From NCBI GenBank assembly GCA_964424225.1, contig CAYRID010000001.1, positions 7,369 through 71,368 of the forward strand: a DNA stretch of 64,000 nucleotides, written 5' to 3'. Under the pieces are notes generated by a model, which was not told the DNA's origin, made no database searches, and was given only the letters and a program-made list of their open reading frames with translations. The position numbers were made by a program, and so were the translations under genes. The stretch is from an uncultured Geobacter sp. (GTDB lineage: Bacteria; Myxococcota_A; UBA9160; JADFDR01). Below, in pieces: positions 53,375-61,867 of this stretch (its first letter is position 1; each line of letters starts with the position of its first letter).

Positions 53375-54129
53375 CACCATTGTGTGACATTCCCGAAATC
53401 CGTCCTGGCGATGCGCTCGCACCGCTGCTTCACGCCGCTGCGCAACGTGCGGGCAAATCTCTCCACGACGGAATTTTGGTGGTCTGCCAAAAAATCATCT
53501 CGAAGAGTGAGGATCGCTTGCGCTCGCTACGTCAAATCGCTCCCTCGCCCCGCGCTCAAGCGATCGCAGCCGACACCAACAAAGACCCACGCCTGATCGA
53601 ACTCATTCTCGACGAAACCGCACGCATCGTTCGCCAAGCGCAAAACGTACTCATCTGCGAAACGCATCACGGCTTTGTTTGTGCCAATGCTGGCGTGGAT
53701 TGCTCGAACGTGCCGGGGGAAGAAATGGCCTTGCTCTTGCCCAAAGATCCCGACGCCTCTGCGCGCAGACTGCGCGCAGACCTGCTCGCGCTCCAGAACA
53801 CAGCCAGCCCGACAACCACACCGTCGCAGAAGCTCGGCGTTCTGATCTCCGACACGTTCGGGCGTCCCTGGCGAGAAGGGCTCGTCGATGTCGCCATTGG
53901 TTGCGCAGGCTTTGCACCCATCGACGATGCACGCGGCAGCGTCGATCGCGAAGGCCGCGAACTGCGCGTAACACAACTTGCTGTCGCAGATCAACTCGCG
54001 GCAGCAGCCGGGCTTCTTATGCAAAAAGCTGCTGGCATTCCCGCCGTGTGGATCGAGGGAGTACCCGTACGCGGCGACGGCAGCACGCGCGCGCTGCAAC
54101 GCGCCAAAGAATTCGATCTCTTTCGCTAA
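53356..54129 (+). CDS. cofE: Coenzyme F420-0:L-glutamate ligase (CofE)
   Basis: Matches DGILVVCQKIISKSEDRL, ETHHGFVCANAGVDCSN and ISDTFGRPWREG. 19-nt overlap with cofC. No fused nitroreductase domain. Confidence 0.88.
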   Translation: MQPIHLTPLCDIPEIRPGDALAPLLHAAAQRAGKSLHDGILVVCQKIISKSEDRLRSLRQIAPSPRAQAIAADTNKDPRLIELILDETARIVRQAQNVLICETHHGFVCANAGVDCSNVPGEEMALLLPKDPDASARRLRADLLALQNTASPTTTPSQKLGVLISDTFGRPWREGLVDVAIGCAGFAPIDDARGSVDREGRELRVTQLAVADQLAAAAGLLMQKAAGIPAVWIEGVPVRGDGSTRALQRAKEFDLFR

Positions 54130-54167
54130 CGATTCTTTGCGCGAAGCTCCAACACTGCAGCACACTC

Positions 54168-54818
54168 TCACGCATGCGTTGGTAAATATTTTTCGAGCGC
54201 ATCGAGCACGGCGCTTGCGCCAAGACGTTTTTCCGCTGATGTCGCAAAAATCTGTGTATGTGGCAAAGCAAAAGCTTTTTCGAGCGCTGCCGTACGTTGG
54301 CGCGCCTCGCGATTGGTCAACTTATCGAGCTTGGTCAGCACCACCAACACTGAAATGTGATGGTGCGCAAACCAATCCAAAAGCTCTATCTCTTCTTCCC
54401 GGAGATCGCGTCGCACATCCTGCAAGAGCAAAACCGCGCGCAGCATCGGGCGAGTCGCGAGGTACTCTTCAATCAGATGTCGCCAACTTTCGCGTTCTGC
54501 CTTCGACACCTTCGCGTAGCCATAGCCCGGAAGATCCGCAAACACGAATTCGTAACGCGCGGGCTCGACCACTCCGCCTACGGTCGCCTCGCTCGCTTTG
54601 GCCTCGGATTGTGCAACGATGCGAAAAAACTGGATCAAGCGCGTCTTGCCGGGAGTCGCGCTGGAACGCGCCAAGTTTTTGCGCCCAAGCAAAAGATTGA
54701 TCAAACTCGATTTGCCGACATTCGAGCGCCCAACGAAGGCAAACTCGGGCAAATCGGTTTGGGGACATCCCGCTGCCTGCGCCGCAGCGAGCAAGTATTC
54801 GGCCTGCAAAATTTTCAT
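54168..54818 (-). CDS. engB: Ribosome-biogenesis GTPase EngB/YsxC
   Basis: G1 GRSNVGKSSLIN, G3 DLPGYG, G4 TKLDK. The start is taken at the ATG at 54818 (MKILQAEY...). Confidence 0.9.
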   Translation of the reverse strand: MKILQAEYLLAAAQAAGCPQTDLPEFAFVGRSNVGKSSLINLLLGRKNLARSSATPGKTRLIQFFRIVAQSEAKASEATVGGVVEPARYEFVFADLPGYGYAKVSKAERESWRHLIEEYLATRPMLRAVLLLQDVRRDLREEEIELLDWFAHHHISVLVVLTKLDKLTNREARQRTAALEKAFALPHTQIFATSAEKRLGASAVLDALEKYLPTHA

Positions 54819-55105
54819 CTCTCCCCGCGTCCTCCGTCCAAATTCTGCTTCCATCCCGATCCGCTTGCGTGTCTTGCACCGGATAGCCATGCACTCCAGG
54901 ACTGTCAATCAAACCGCAACGCCAACTCACCAGAGTGGCGTTACGATTCGATTTTGAATTTAGGAACTTTTCAAAACATCTGCGGCAATGCGGCCTTTGA
55001 AAGCCTTCTTGCAGGGTGGTAGCCTCACCCCGCATTCGCATGCAGCACTTTCGATCCCGCGTGCAAACCCAAGCAGCCAATACCACAACGACAGATGAGA
55101 ACAGA

Positions 55106-55573
55106 ATGTCCAAAGGAATACAAATTACGATCGGAGCGGTCTTCATTGCAGCGTTGGTCGGTTGGTACGGATACACAAACCTCGAACGCTACGAATATTT
55201 TCAATCGCTCAACGCGTTTCAAGCCAAAGCCGTACCGGGCATGAGTGCACGCATACACGGATATGTGACGCCTGGCACGATCGTACGTAGCCTCGAAACC
55301 AAAACGGTGCGCTTTGCTATTCAAAACGATCCACCGATGAAAACCGGCGTATCGGCGCAAACACTGCCCGTCCTCTACCACAGTTTGGAAACTCCCGATT
55401 TATTTCAAGACTCCGCCGAGGTCGTCGTGGAAGGCCGCATCATTAAAGAATCCGGCCAGCTCGTTTTCGATGCTTCGAAAGTTCTTGCAAAATGTCCCTC
55501 GAAATTCGAAGGACACGGTACGGAAAAAGCGCCATTTCAAACTCCTCCGGCTGCGCCGGGAGCAGAACACTAA
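55106..55573 (+). CDS. ccmE: Cytochrome c maturation heme chaperone CcmE, Cys-type variant
   Basis: N-terminal TM anchor, an OB-fold body and a C-proximal VLAKCPSKF where canonical CcmE has LAKHDENY. Confidence 0.85.
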   Translation: MSKGIQITIGAVFIAALVGWYGYTNLERYEYFQSLNAFQAKAVPGMSARIHGYVTPGTIVRSLETKTVRFAIQNDPPMKTGVSAQTLPVLYHSLETPDLFQDSAEVVVEGRIIKESGQLVFDASKVLAKCPSKFEGHGTEKAPFQTPPAAPGAEH

Positions 55574-55609
55574 TCTGTGTAACCTGCGCATCGGAAAGGT
55601 TTGCCGCTC

Positions 55610-57610
55610 ATGCTCATTGCAGAATTTGGCACCTACGCACTTCGCCTCGCCCTCTTAGTCGCCATCCTCGGCTGCGTCATCAGCGTGTATGCCGGACTTG
55701 CACAGAAAAAGAAACTTGCGATGCAAGAAGCCTGGGCACGCGTCGCAGACCGCTCCGTCGTATTCACATTTCTGTTTACGACGTTGGCGATCGGCATCCT
55801 GTTCTATGCCTTCGTGAATAACCACTTCGAGCTCGCTTTCGTGGCACAAAACTCAGCACGGCGCATGTCGCTCTTTTATCGGCTCACCGCACTTTGGGGC
55901 GGCCAGGCCGGTTCGCTGCTGCTTTGGGTTTGGATCCTCTTGCTCTACAGCGCAGCGTGTACGCTTTGGAACCGCAATCAAAATCGCACGCTCATGCCCT
56001 GGGTAAACGCTTGCTTGCTTGCGAACGCTTCATTTTTCCTCACGCTCGTCAACTTCGTACAAATGCCTTTTGCACTCGCCGAACCGATTCTCTCCGACGG
56101 ATCGGGCCTGAATCCGCTGCTACAACATCCTGCGATGGTTTCGCATCCACTCGCACTCTACGGTGGACTCATTGGCTTTGCCGTGCCCTTCGCGTTCGCA
56201 CTGGCTGCCCTCATCACCGGCGAACTCGGCACGCAATGGTTCAAAGTGACGCGGCGCTGGACGCTCATCGCATGGCTCTCGCTCAGTATTGGAATTTTGC
56301 TTGGCGGCCGCTGGGCCTACGAAGTGCTTGGCTGGGGCGGCTACTGGGCCTGGGATCCCGTCGAAAATGGCTCGTTCATGCCTTGGCTCGTCGGCACGGC
56401 CTACTTGCACTCGGTGATGATCCAAGAAAAACGCGACATGCTGAAAACCTGGAACATGGTCTTGATCGGCCTCACTTATACCACTTGCTTACTTGGCACC
56501 TTCATTACACGAAGTGGTGTCGTGCAATCGGTGCACTCGTTTACGAACTCCGGTTGGTTTGGTTACATCTTTCTCGCTTATATGCTCTTGCTCGCCGCCA
56601 TTTTCTTTGCAGCGCTCTATTGGCGACGCGCAGCACTACGCAGCCCAAATCGCCTCGAATCCATCGTTTCGCGCGAAGCAAGCTTCGTAATCAACAATTG
56701 GATTTTTCTCGCGCTCGTCGTGATCGTGTTCTTTGGCACACTGTTTCCCGTTTTTTCGGAGTTGATCACAGGAACCGCCATTACGATCGGGCCCAAATGG
56801 TTTAATGGCACGACAGCAATTCCGGCAGCAATCTTGCTGTTCCTCATTGGTGTCGGCCCATTGATTGCTTGGCGCAAAGCGACCTGGATGAGCATTCGCA
56901 AGCAATTCGTTTGGCCCGGTGCCGTGGGAGCGATCACAGCCATCGCGATTGCCGTTTTCCTTGGCAAAGCACTTCGCTTCTATCCGCTGCTGTTTTGGAC
57001 GCTTTCGGCCTTCGTCATCGCAACAATCGTGCAAGAGTTCTATCGCGCCATTCGCGCACGCTGCCGCACGAACGCAGAAAACCCGGTGCAAGCCTTCTTC
57101 CGACTCTTGCAGCGCAACCAACAACGCTACGGCGGATACCTCGTGCATCTCGCCATCGTGTTCATTTTCATCGGCATCGCCGGCGCAGCATTCGATCAAG
57201 AAAGAATCGAAAACTTGCGCGTTGGCGAGCGCTTGCAGATGCAAAACTACGAACTCGAATATCTCACGGCCGACCCCATCCCCGCGCAGCACTATGGCGG
57301 CGCGATCGCACGACTTGCGCTGTATAAGAATCAAAAGCCACTCGCGATCATGACACCGGAGAGACGTACCTACTGGCTCGAACAACAACCCGCCTCGATT
57401 CCGTCGGTGTATTCAACCCTATCCGAAGATTTCTATGTCGTCTTGAATGCAGTCGAACCCGACGGATCGATCACGCTCAAGGTGCACCGCAACCCACTCG
57501 TGAGTTGGATCTGGATCGGCGCTTACAGCCTCGTCGGTGGCACCATTGCAGTGCTCTGGCCACATCCTACAAAAACTTCCAAGCCGAAAGAAAGCACACA
57601 ACCCGCATGA
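55610..57610 (+). CDS. ccmF: Cytochrome c heme lyase subunit CcmF
   Basis: WWD motif WGGYWAWDPVENGSFMPW and many TM helices. The start is the ATG at 55610, or TTG at 55601. Confidence 0.93.
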   Translation: MLIAEFGTYALRLALLVAILGCVISVYAGLAQKKKLAMQEAWARVADRSVVFTFLFTTLAIGILFYAFVNNHFELAFVAQNSARRMSLFYRLTALWGGQAGSLLLWVWILLLYSAACTLWNRNQNRTLMPWVNACLLANASFFLTLVNFVQMPFALAEPILSDGSGLNPLLQHPAMVSHPLALYGGLIGFAVPFAFALAALITGELGTQWFKVTRRWTLIAWLSLSIGILLGGRWAYEVLGWGGYWAWDPVENGSFMPWLVGTAYLHSVMIQEKRDMLKTWNMVLIGLTYTTCLLGTFITRSGVVQSVHSFTNSGWFGYIFLAYMLLLAAIFFAALYWRRAALRSPNRLESIVSREASFVINNWIFLALVVIVFFGTLFPVFSELITGTAITIGPKWFNGTTAIPAAILLFLIGVGPLIAWRKATWMSIRKQFVWPGAVGAITAIAIAVFLGKALRFYPLLFWTLSAFVIATIVQEFYRAIRARCRTNAENPVQAFFRLLQRNQQRYGGYLVHLAIVFIFIGIAGAAFDQERIENLRVGERLQMQNYELEYLTADPIPAQHYGGAIARLALYKNQKPLAIMTPERRTYWLEQQPASIPSVYSTLSEDFYVVLNAVEPDGSITLKVHRNPLVSWIWIGAYSLVGGTIAVLWPHPTKTSKPKESTQPA

Positions 57611-59427
57611 AAACGCTGATTTGCTTCTTGGTCGTTGCGTTCACGGCGCTGACCGCTCCGGCGCAAAACTTTATTCCACCGACGGAAAAACTACCAAGTG
57701 GTCCCGCGACGATTGCAGGCCAACTCAAACCCGCACAAACCGACATCGCGCTCGCGGGGATCGAAGTCATCCTTTACGCGCTGCAACGTGAAGCCGCGCC
57801 CGGTGTCGCCAAAGCGACGACCGATGCCGCAGGCCGCTTTGCTTTCGATCAACTTTCAAATGCGTCCGATGTCACTTACCTCGTCGGTGCGCAGTATCAA
57901 AGCGTTCCATTTCCAGGCGAGCGCGTGCAATTTGCCAAGGACGAATTGCGACGTGAAGTCACCATCCCCGTTACACAAGTGCGTGCTCTCGGCAGCGGCA
58001 AGCCGCCACGCGTGCTGGAAAGTACGCTGCAATTCGAACGCGATGCCCAACACTGGAAAGTGACGGAGACACATCAAATCGTCAACGAAAACAACTTTAC
58101 GCTTTTCGATTCCACGCCGAACGTCAATTCCGATACGGCGATCTTTCGCGCACTGCTTCCAGATAACGCTTCGAATTTCTCTATGCCTTACGGCGTGATC
58201 CCCGAAGGAGTAGATCAGGATGGCCGACAAATTGCTTTTCGCGGCCCGCTCTATCCCGGAAAGCAAGGATTCAGCTTTTCGTATCAAATGCCTGCTTTCG
58301 AAGGCGACACGAGCTTCCTACGCAATTTTCTGACACGCAGCGAAAAGCTCATCGTACTCTTGCCCCAAAGCGGAATCGAGCTCGTTGACTCTGCGCTCAC
58401 CGCGCGCGGCGTAGAGCAAATCGGGCCCCATACACTGCGCCGGTTCGATGGCGATGCGCTGGCGGCCAATACGAAGCTTGTGCTGAATTTGCGTGCACCC
58501 GCCGCTCGCCACGATGCGCAAGCGCTGCAACTCGACGAAGTGCGCCTTGTCACGAGCCGCGACGGCATCGTGCTGTATTGCAACGAGGAATATCTCTTCT
58601 TCGTCGATGGAAAAGAACCCATTGCGGGCACATCCGACACACCTTTGTTTCGAGCAAAACTTCCGCCACAAGCCTCGGATATCCACTTTAACGAAGACTC
58701 TTCAAGCCTTGGTTTGAACCTCGCGCCCGACGGAGCGCTCACGCTGCAAGGCCCCATCGGCCCAGGCGAAGTACGACTTAGCCTTTCCTACTCGCTTCCG
58801 CTTACGACCGAAGCTGCGACGATCACGCGCACGTTCGAACACGCTATTCCAATCTTCTCGTTCTACATTGAAGACAACGGCATCCTCGTCGAAGCCGAAC
58901 GCCTGCACCGACGTCGCCCGGTCGCAAGCGAGCAAAGTATTTATCAACGCTTCGAAGCCTTCCAATTGCGAGCAGGCGAAGCCGTCACGATTCACCTCGC
59001 ACCACACGCACGTCCACAACCGCTGGCAAAATGGATTGCGCCGTCGGCAGCATTTGCAGCACTTTCGTTCGTGCTCGTCGGCATGCTGATGCCCCTGCGT
59101 GCGCGCACTACGAATGACGACAAAGCAACACAACCTGTCCTTTCCACAGAACGCCAACAACGCGAACTCATCTACTCCGCGATTCGCGACCTTGATGAGG
59201 ATTACCAAACCGGCAAGATCGAAGAAGCCATGTACAAAGCCTCGCGCGAGGAATTGCTTGCACAAGCCGAAACTCTGCTCGCCAAAGAGCGCTATGCAGC
59301 GGCACGGGAAGCATCGGTCGTACCGCCTACGCATTGTCCAAATTGCACAACACCGATTGGTGTCAATGATCGCTTCTGTGCGCAGTGCGGAGCAAAACTT
59401 TCCAACGCCAAGGATGCCGCATCGTGA
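57607..59427 (+). CDS. Uncharacterised ccm-operon membrane protein (periplasmic beta-rich domain, single TM, CcmI-like cytoplasmic helix, zinc ribbon)
   Basis: ATGA overlap with ccmF and GTGA overlap with ccmA. Signal peptide MKTLICFLVVAFTALTAPAQ. Carboxypeptidase-regulatory-like motif (TTDAAGRFAFDQL). TM helix WIAPSAAFAALSFVLVGMLMPL. Helix RELIYSAIRDLDEDYQTGKIEEAMYKASREELLAQA. Zinc ribbon CPNC-x10-CAQC. Confidence 0.7.
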   Translation: MKTLICFLVVAFTALTAPAQNFIPPTEKLPSGPATIAGQLKPAQTDIALAGIEVILYALQREAAPGVAKATTDAAGRFAFDQLSNASDVTYLVGAQYQSVPFPGERVQFAKDELRREVTIPVTQVRALGSGKPPRVLESTLQFERDAQHWKVTETHQIVNENNFTLFDSTPNVNSDTAIFRALLPDNASNFSMPYGVIPEGVDQDGRQIAFRGPLYPGKQGFSFSYQMPAFEGDTSFLRNFLTRSEKLIVLLPQSGIELVDSALTARGVEQIGPHTLRRFDGDALAANTKLVLNLRAPAARHDAQALQLDEVRLVTSRDGIVLYCNEEYLFFVDGKEPIAGTSDTPLFRAKLPPQASDIHFNEDSSSLGLNLAPDGALTLQGPIGPGEVRLSLSYSLPLTTEAATITRTFEHAIPIFSFYIEDNGILVEAERLHRRRPVASEQSIYQRFEAFQLRAGEAVTIHLAPHARPQPLAKWIAPSAAFAALSFVLVGMLMPLRARTTNDDKATQPVLSTERQQRELIYSAIRDLDEDYQTGKIEEAMYKASREELLAQAETLLAKERYAAAREASVVPPTHCPNCTTPIGVNDRFCAQCGAKLSNAKDAAS

Positions 59428-60134
59428 GCTCAAGCGCGGTCACCGCGACGGATCTCACAAAACACTTTGGTGCCGTGCGTGCGCTACGAGGAGTTTGTTT
59501 TGAAATTACACAGGGGAGCGTCGTGGCGATCGTCGGCCCAAACGGTGCGGGCAAGTCAACTCTGCTGCGCTTGCTCGCCGGGCTCGCACGTCCTAGCCAA
59601 GGCCAAATTCGCATCGCCGACACTGACGCGCAAGAACGCCGGGCGCGCGCGCGCGTCGGCTACATCGGACACTCGACTCTTTTGTATCCCGAACTGAGCG
59701 CGCGCGAAAATCTGCGCTTCACCGCCAAGCTCTACGCGCTCTCCGACATCGATGCACGCGTCGAGCGCCTACTCGAAGAACACGGCCTCGCCGACGTCGG
59801 CGATCAACCCGTCGCTGGATTTTCGCGCGGCATGGCACAGCGCATCGCCATCGCGCGTGGCCTCATCCACGATCCCGCTTTGGTATTGCTCGACGAACCG
59901 TTTACCGGCCTCGACCGACGCGCCGCAAAAAAATTGCTGACCGATTTACAAGCTGTCCGCCGCGGCGGACGCACCGTCGTCGTCGTGACTCACGATCTCG
60001 CACATTGTCTTGATCTCGCCAATCAAATCTTCATTCTCGTACGCGGTCGGATCGTCGACACAGTTTCATGTACTAATCTTTTACTCTCCGATCTCGAAGC
60101 TCGCTATCTCGCCGCTGTCGGAGAAGCGCAATGA
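59424..60134 (+). CDS. ccmA: Heme exporter ATP-binding protein CcmA
   Basis: Walker A GPNGAGKST, signature FSRGMAQRI, Walker B VLLDEPFTGLD. The GTG start overlaps the preceding stop. Confidence 0.88.
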   Translation: MSSSAVTATDLTKHFGAVRALRGVCFEITQGSVVAIVGPNGAGKSTLLRLLAGLARPSQGQIRIADTDAQERRARARVGYIGHSTLLYPELSARENLRFTAKLYALSDIDARVERLLEEHGLADVGDQPVAGFSRGMAQRIAIARGLIHDPALVLLDEPFTGLDRRAAKKLLTDLQAVRRGGRTVVVVTHDLAHCLDLANQIFILVRGRIVDTVSCTNLLLSDLEARYLAAVGEAQ

Positions 60135-60796
60135 ACGTCTTTGGGGCCGTGCTCTGGAAAGACCTAATCTGCGAGTGGCGAAGCCGCAATCGCGTCGTGG
60201 CAATGCTCGTCTTTTCCCTGTTGGTCGTACTGATTTTTCACTTTGCTTTACCCAGCGACGTCGCTACCGAAAATCAAGCAAGTCTGCCCGGCCTACTTTG
60301 GATCGCGTATGTATTCGCTGCCTTGCTTGGCCTCAATCGCTCATTCGCCCTCGAACTCGAAAACGATGCCATGGCCGCCATGGCTCTCGCGCCCGTCGAT
60401 CGCGGCTGGATTTTTCTGGGCAAAGCCGCTGCCAACTTCATCTTGTTCGCACTCGTGCAAGCCATCACGGCCGGTATTTTTGCACTGGTCTTCCACATGG
60501 ATTTGCTCGCAATTGCTCTCAAGCTGGCAGGCGTCGTTGCGCTTGGCTCACTGGGCATCACAGCACTCGGCACGCTCTTCGCAGCAATCTCGGTGCGTAC
60601 ACGCTTTCGCGAAATCATGCTGCCGTTACTTTTGCTCCCTCTCCTCATGCCCATTTTAATTGGTGCCGTCGGCGCAACGAGTGCATTACTACGCACGGGC
60701 AACGCCCCCTTTCATGCCATTCAACTTCTGATCGTGACCGATTGCAGCTATCTGATATTTTCCTTTCTCGCCTTCGACCATGTGCTGGATGAATAA
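60131..60796 (+). CDS. ccmB: Heme exporter membrane protein CcmB
   Basis: CcmB-like six-TM protein (FALELENDAMAAMALAP...). ATGA overlap with ccmA. Confidence 0.88.
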   Translation: MNVFGAVLWKDLICEWRSRNRVVAMLVFSLLVVLIFHFALPSDVATENQASLPGLLWIAYVFAALLGLNRSFALELENDAMAAMALAPVDRGWIFLGKAAANFILFALVQAITAGIFALVFHMDLLAIALKLAGVVALGSLGITALGTLFAAISVRTRFREIMLPLLLLPLLMPILIGAVGATSALLRTGNAPFHAIQLLIVTDCSYLIFSFLAFDHVLDE

Positions 60797-60799
60797 CCG

Positions 60800-61549
60800 A
60801 TGACACAAACCAACACCGCCACCCCACGCCTGCCCGCACCGCTTGGCGCGCCACATTGGAGCCAACGCGCAACAGGCCTCGCCCTCATTCTACTCTCTTC
60901 CGTGTATGCCTGGAGCGTCGTATCGGCACCGATCGATCGCGTACAAGGCATCATCCAAAAAATTCTCTACGTGCATGTGCCCTGCGCTTTTGCGGCCTAT
61001 CTCGGTTTTTTTCTCACGGCACTCTTTGGCGCGCTCTACCTCGCGAAGCGCAAAGAAATTTTTGACAAGATCGCTCTCGCCTCGGCAGAAGTTGGTGTCC
61101 TCTTCTGCACGCTCGTGATCGTCACCGGCCCCATCTGGGCGCGCGGTACGTGGGGGGCATGGTGGACTTGGGATCCGCGCCTCACCGTCACGCTCTTACT
61201 CTGGTTTGTGTATCTCGCCTACTTAATGTTGCGCGCCTTCACCGACGGAGGAGAGCGCACGGCACGCTTTGCGGCCGTATACGGGATCGTGGGATTGCTC
61301 GTGATCCCGCTCAACTATTTTGCGATCGATCTCTTCGGCGGCGGCGCCACGCACCCCGACAACCTCGAACGCGACAGCCTCGGCACCGGCATGGGCTTGC
61401 CCTTCTTGATGGGCACGCTCACCGCCTTGGCCGCCTTTGCACATCTTTTGGTGTTGCGCGTTCATGTAGAAATTTTGCGCCTTGCTTGCGCCAATGCATT
61501 GCAAGCACACGACGAGACGGACGCTCCGGCAAAGGAGAGCATGCAATGA
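60800..61549 (+). CDS. ccmC: Heme exporter / heme-handling protein CcmC
   Basis: WWD motif WGAWWTWDPRLT and the conserved His region (ILYVHVP). Confidence 0.92.
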   Translation: MTQTNTATPRLPAPLGAPHWSQRATGLALILLSSVYAWSVVSAPIDRVQGIIQKILYVHVPCAFAAYLGFFLTALFGALYLAKRKEIFDKIALASAEVGVLFCTLVIVTGPIWARGTWGAWWTWDPRLTVTLLLWFVYLAYLMLRAFTDGGERTARFAAVYGIVGLLVIPLNYFAIDLFGGGATHPDNLERDSLGTGMGLPFLMGTLTALAAFAHLLVLRVHVEILRLACANALQAHDETDAPAKESMQ

Positions 61550-61662
61550 ACTATGTCCTGGCTGCCTATGGAATCGTAGTGGGCGCGGTGCTGGTCTATC
61601 GCGTTTTTCTCGCGAAAGAATGCAATTCTTTGCGCAATCTGTTGTGTCCTCGAAAAAAATAA
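61546..61662 (+). CDS. ccmD: Small membrane protein CcmD
   Basis: 38 aa, MNYVLAAYGIVVGAVLVYRVFLAKE... Single TM. ATGA overlap with the ccmC stop. The position is typical for ccmD. Confidence 0.7.
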   Translation: MNYVLAAYGIVVGAVLVYRVFLAKECNSLRNLLCPRKK

Positions 61663-61681
61663 CTCTGTTCTAAAACTACGA

Positions 61682-61710
61682 TTGACAAGCTCAAGCACCT
61701 TGTTTACATA
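61682..61710 (+). promoter_or_regulatory. Near-consensus sigma-70-type promoter (TTGACA-17 nt-TACATA)
   Basis: Read directly: -35 at 61682-61687, 17-nt spacer, -10 at 61705-61710. It lies about 150 nt upstream of the next ATG that has an RBS (61868). Confidence 0.5.
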
Positions 61711-61867
61711 AGGGACCGCTCGACGGAGCTCCCCTGCGCGTTCTATGGCAACAGAGGTGACGGCGAGCCAATTCCCCACAGCAAGAGTCTCGTCGCGATT
61801 CGACACAACCGAACCGAAAATCGGAGCGAAGGATCGCGAGTGCAACACGGCAACGAGGAGCGCGCGA

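Noticed and set aside
54918-54942. Hairpin AACGCCA-loop-TGGCGTT followed by a T-rich tract in the engB/ccmE divergent region
   Set aside because: The stem is short (7 bp) and there is no upstream plus-strand gene to terminate. It could be chance and is not reported as a terminator.
55894-59433. ORFs inside or antisense to the ccm genes (55894-56805 plus strand, 56636-57388 minus strand, 58702-59433 minus strand)
   Set aside because: They are out of frame with or antisense to ccmF, the ccm-embedded gene and ccmA. They show no motifs and no RBS.
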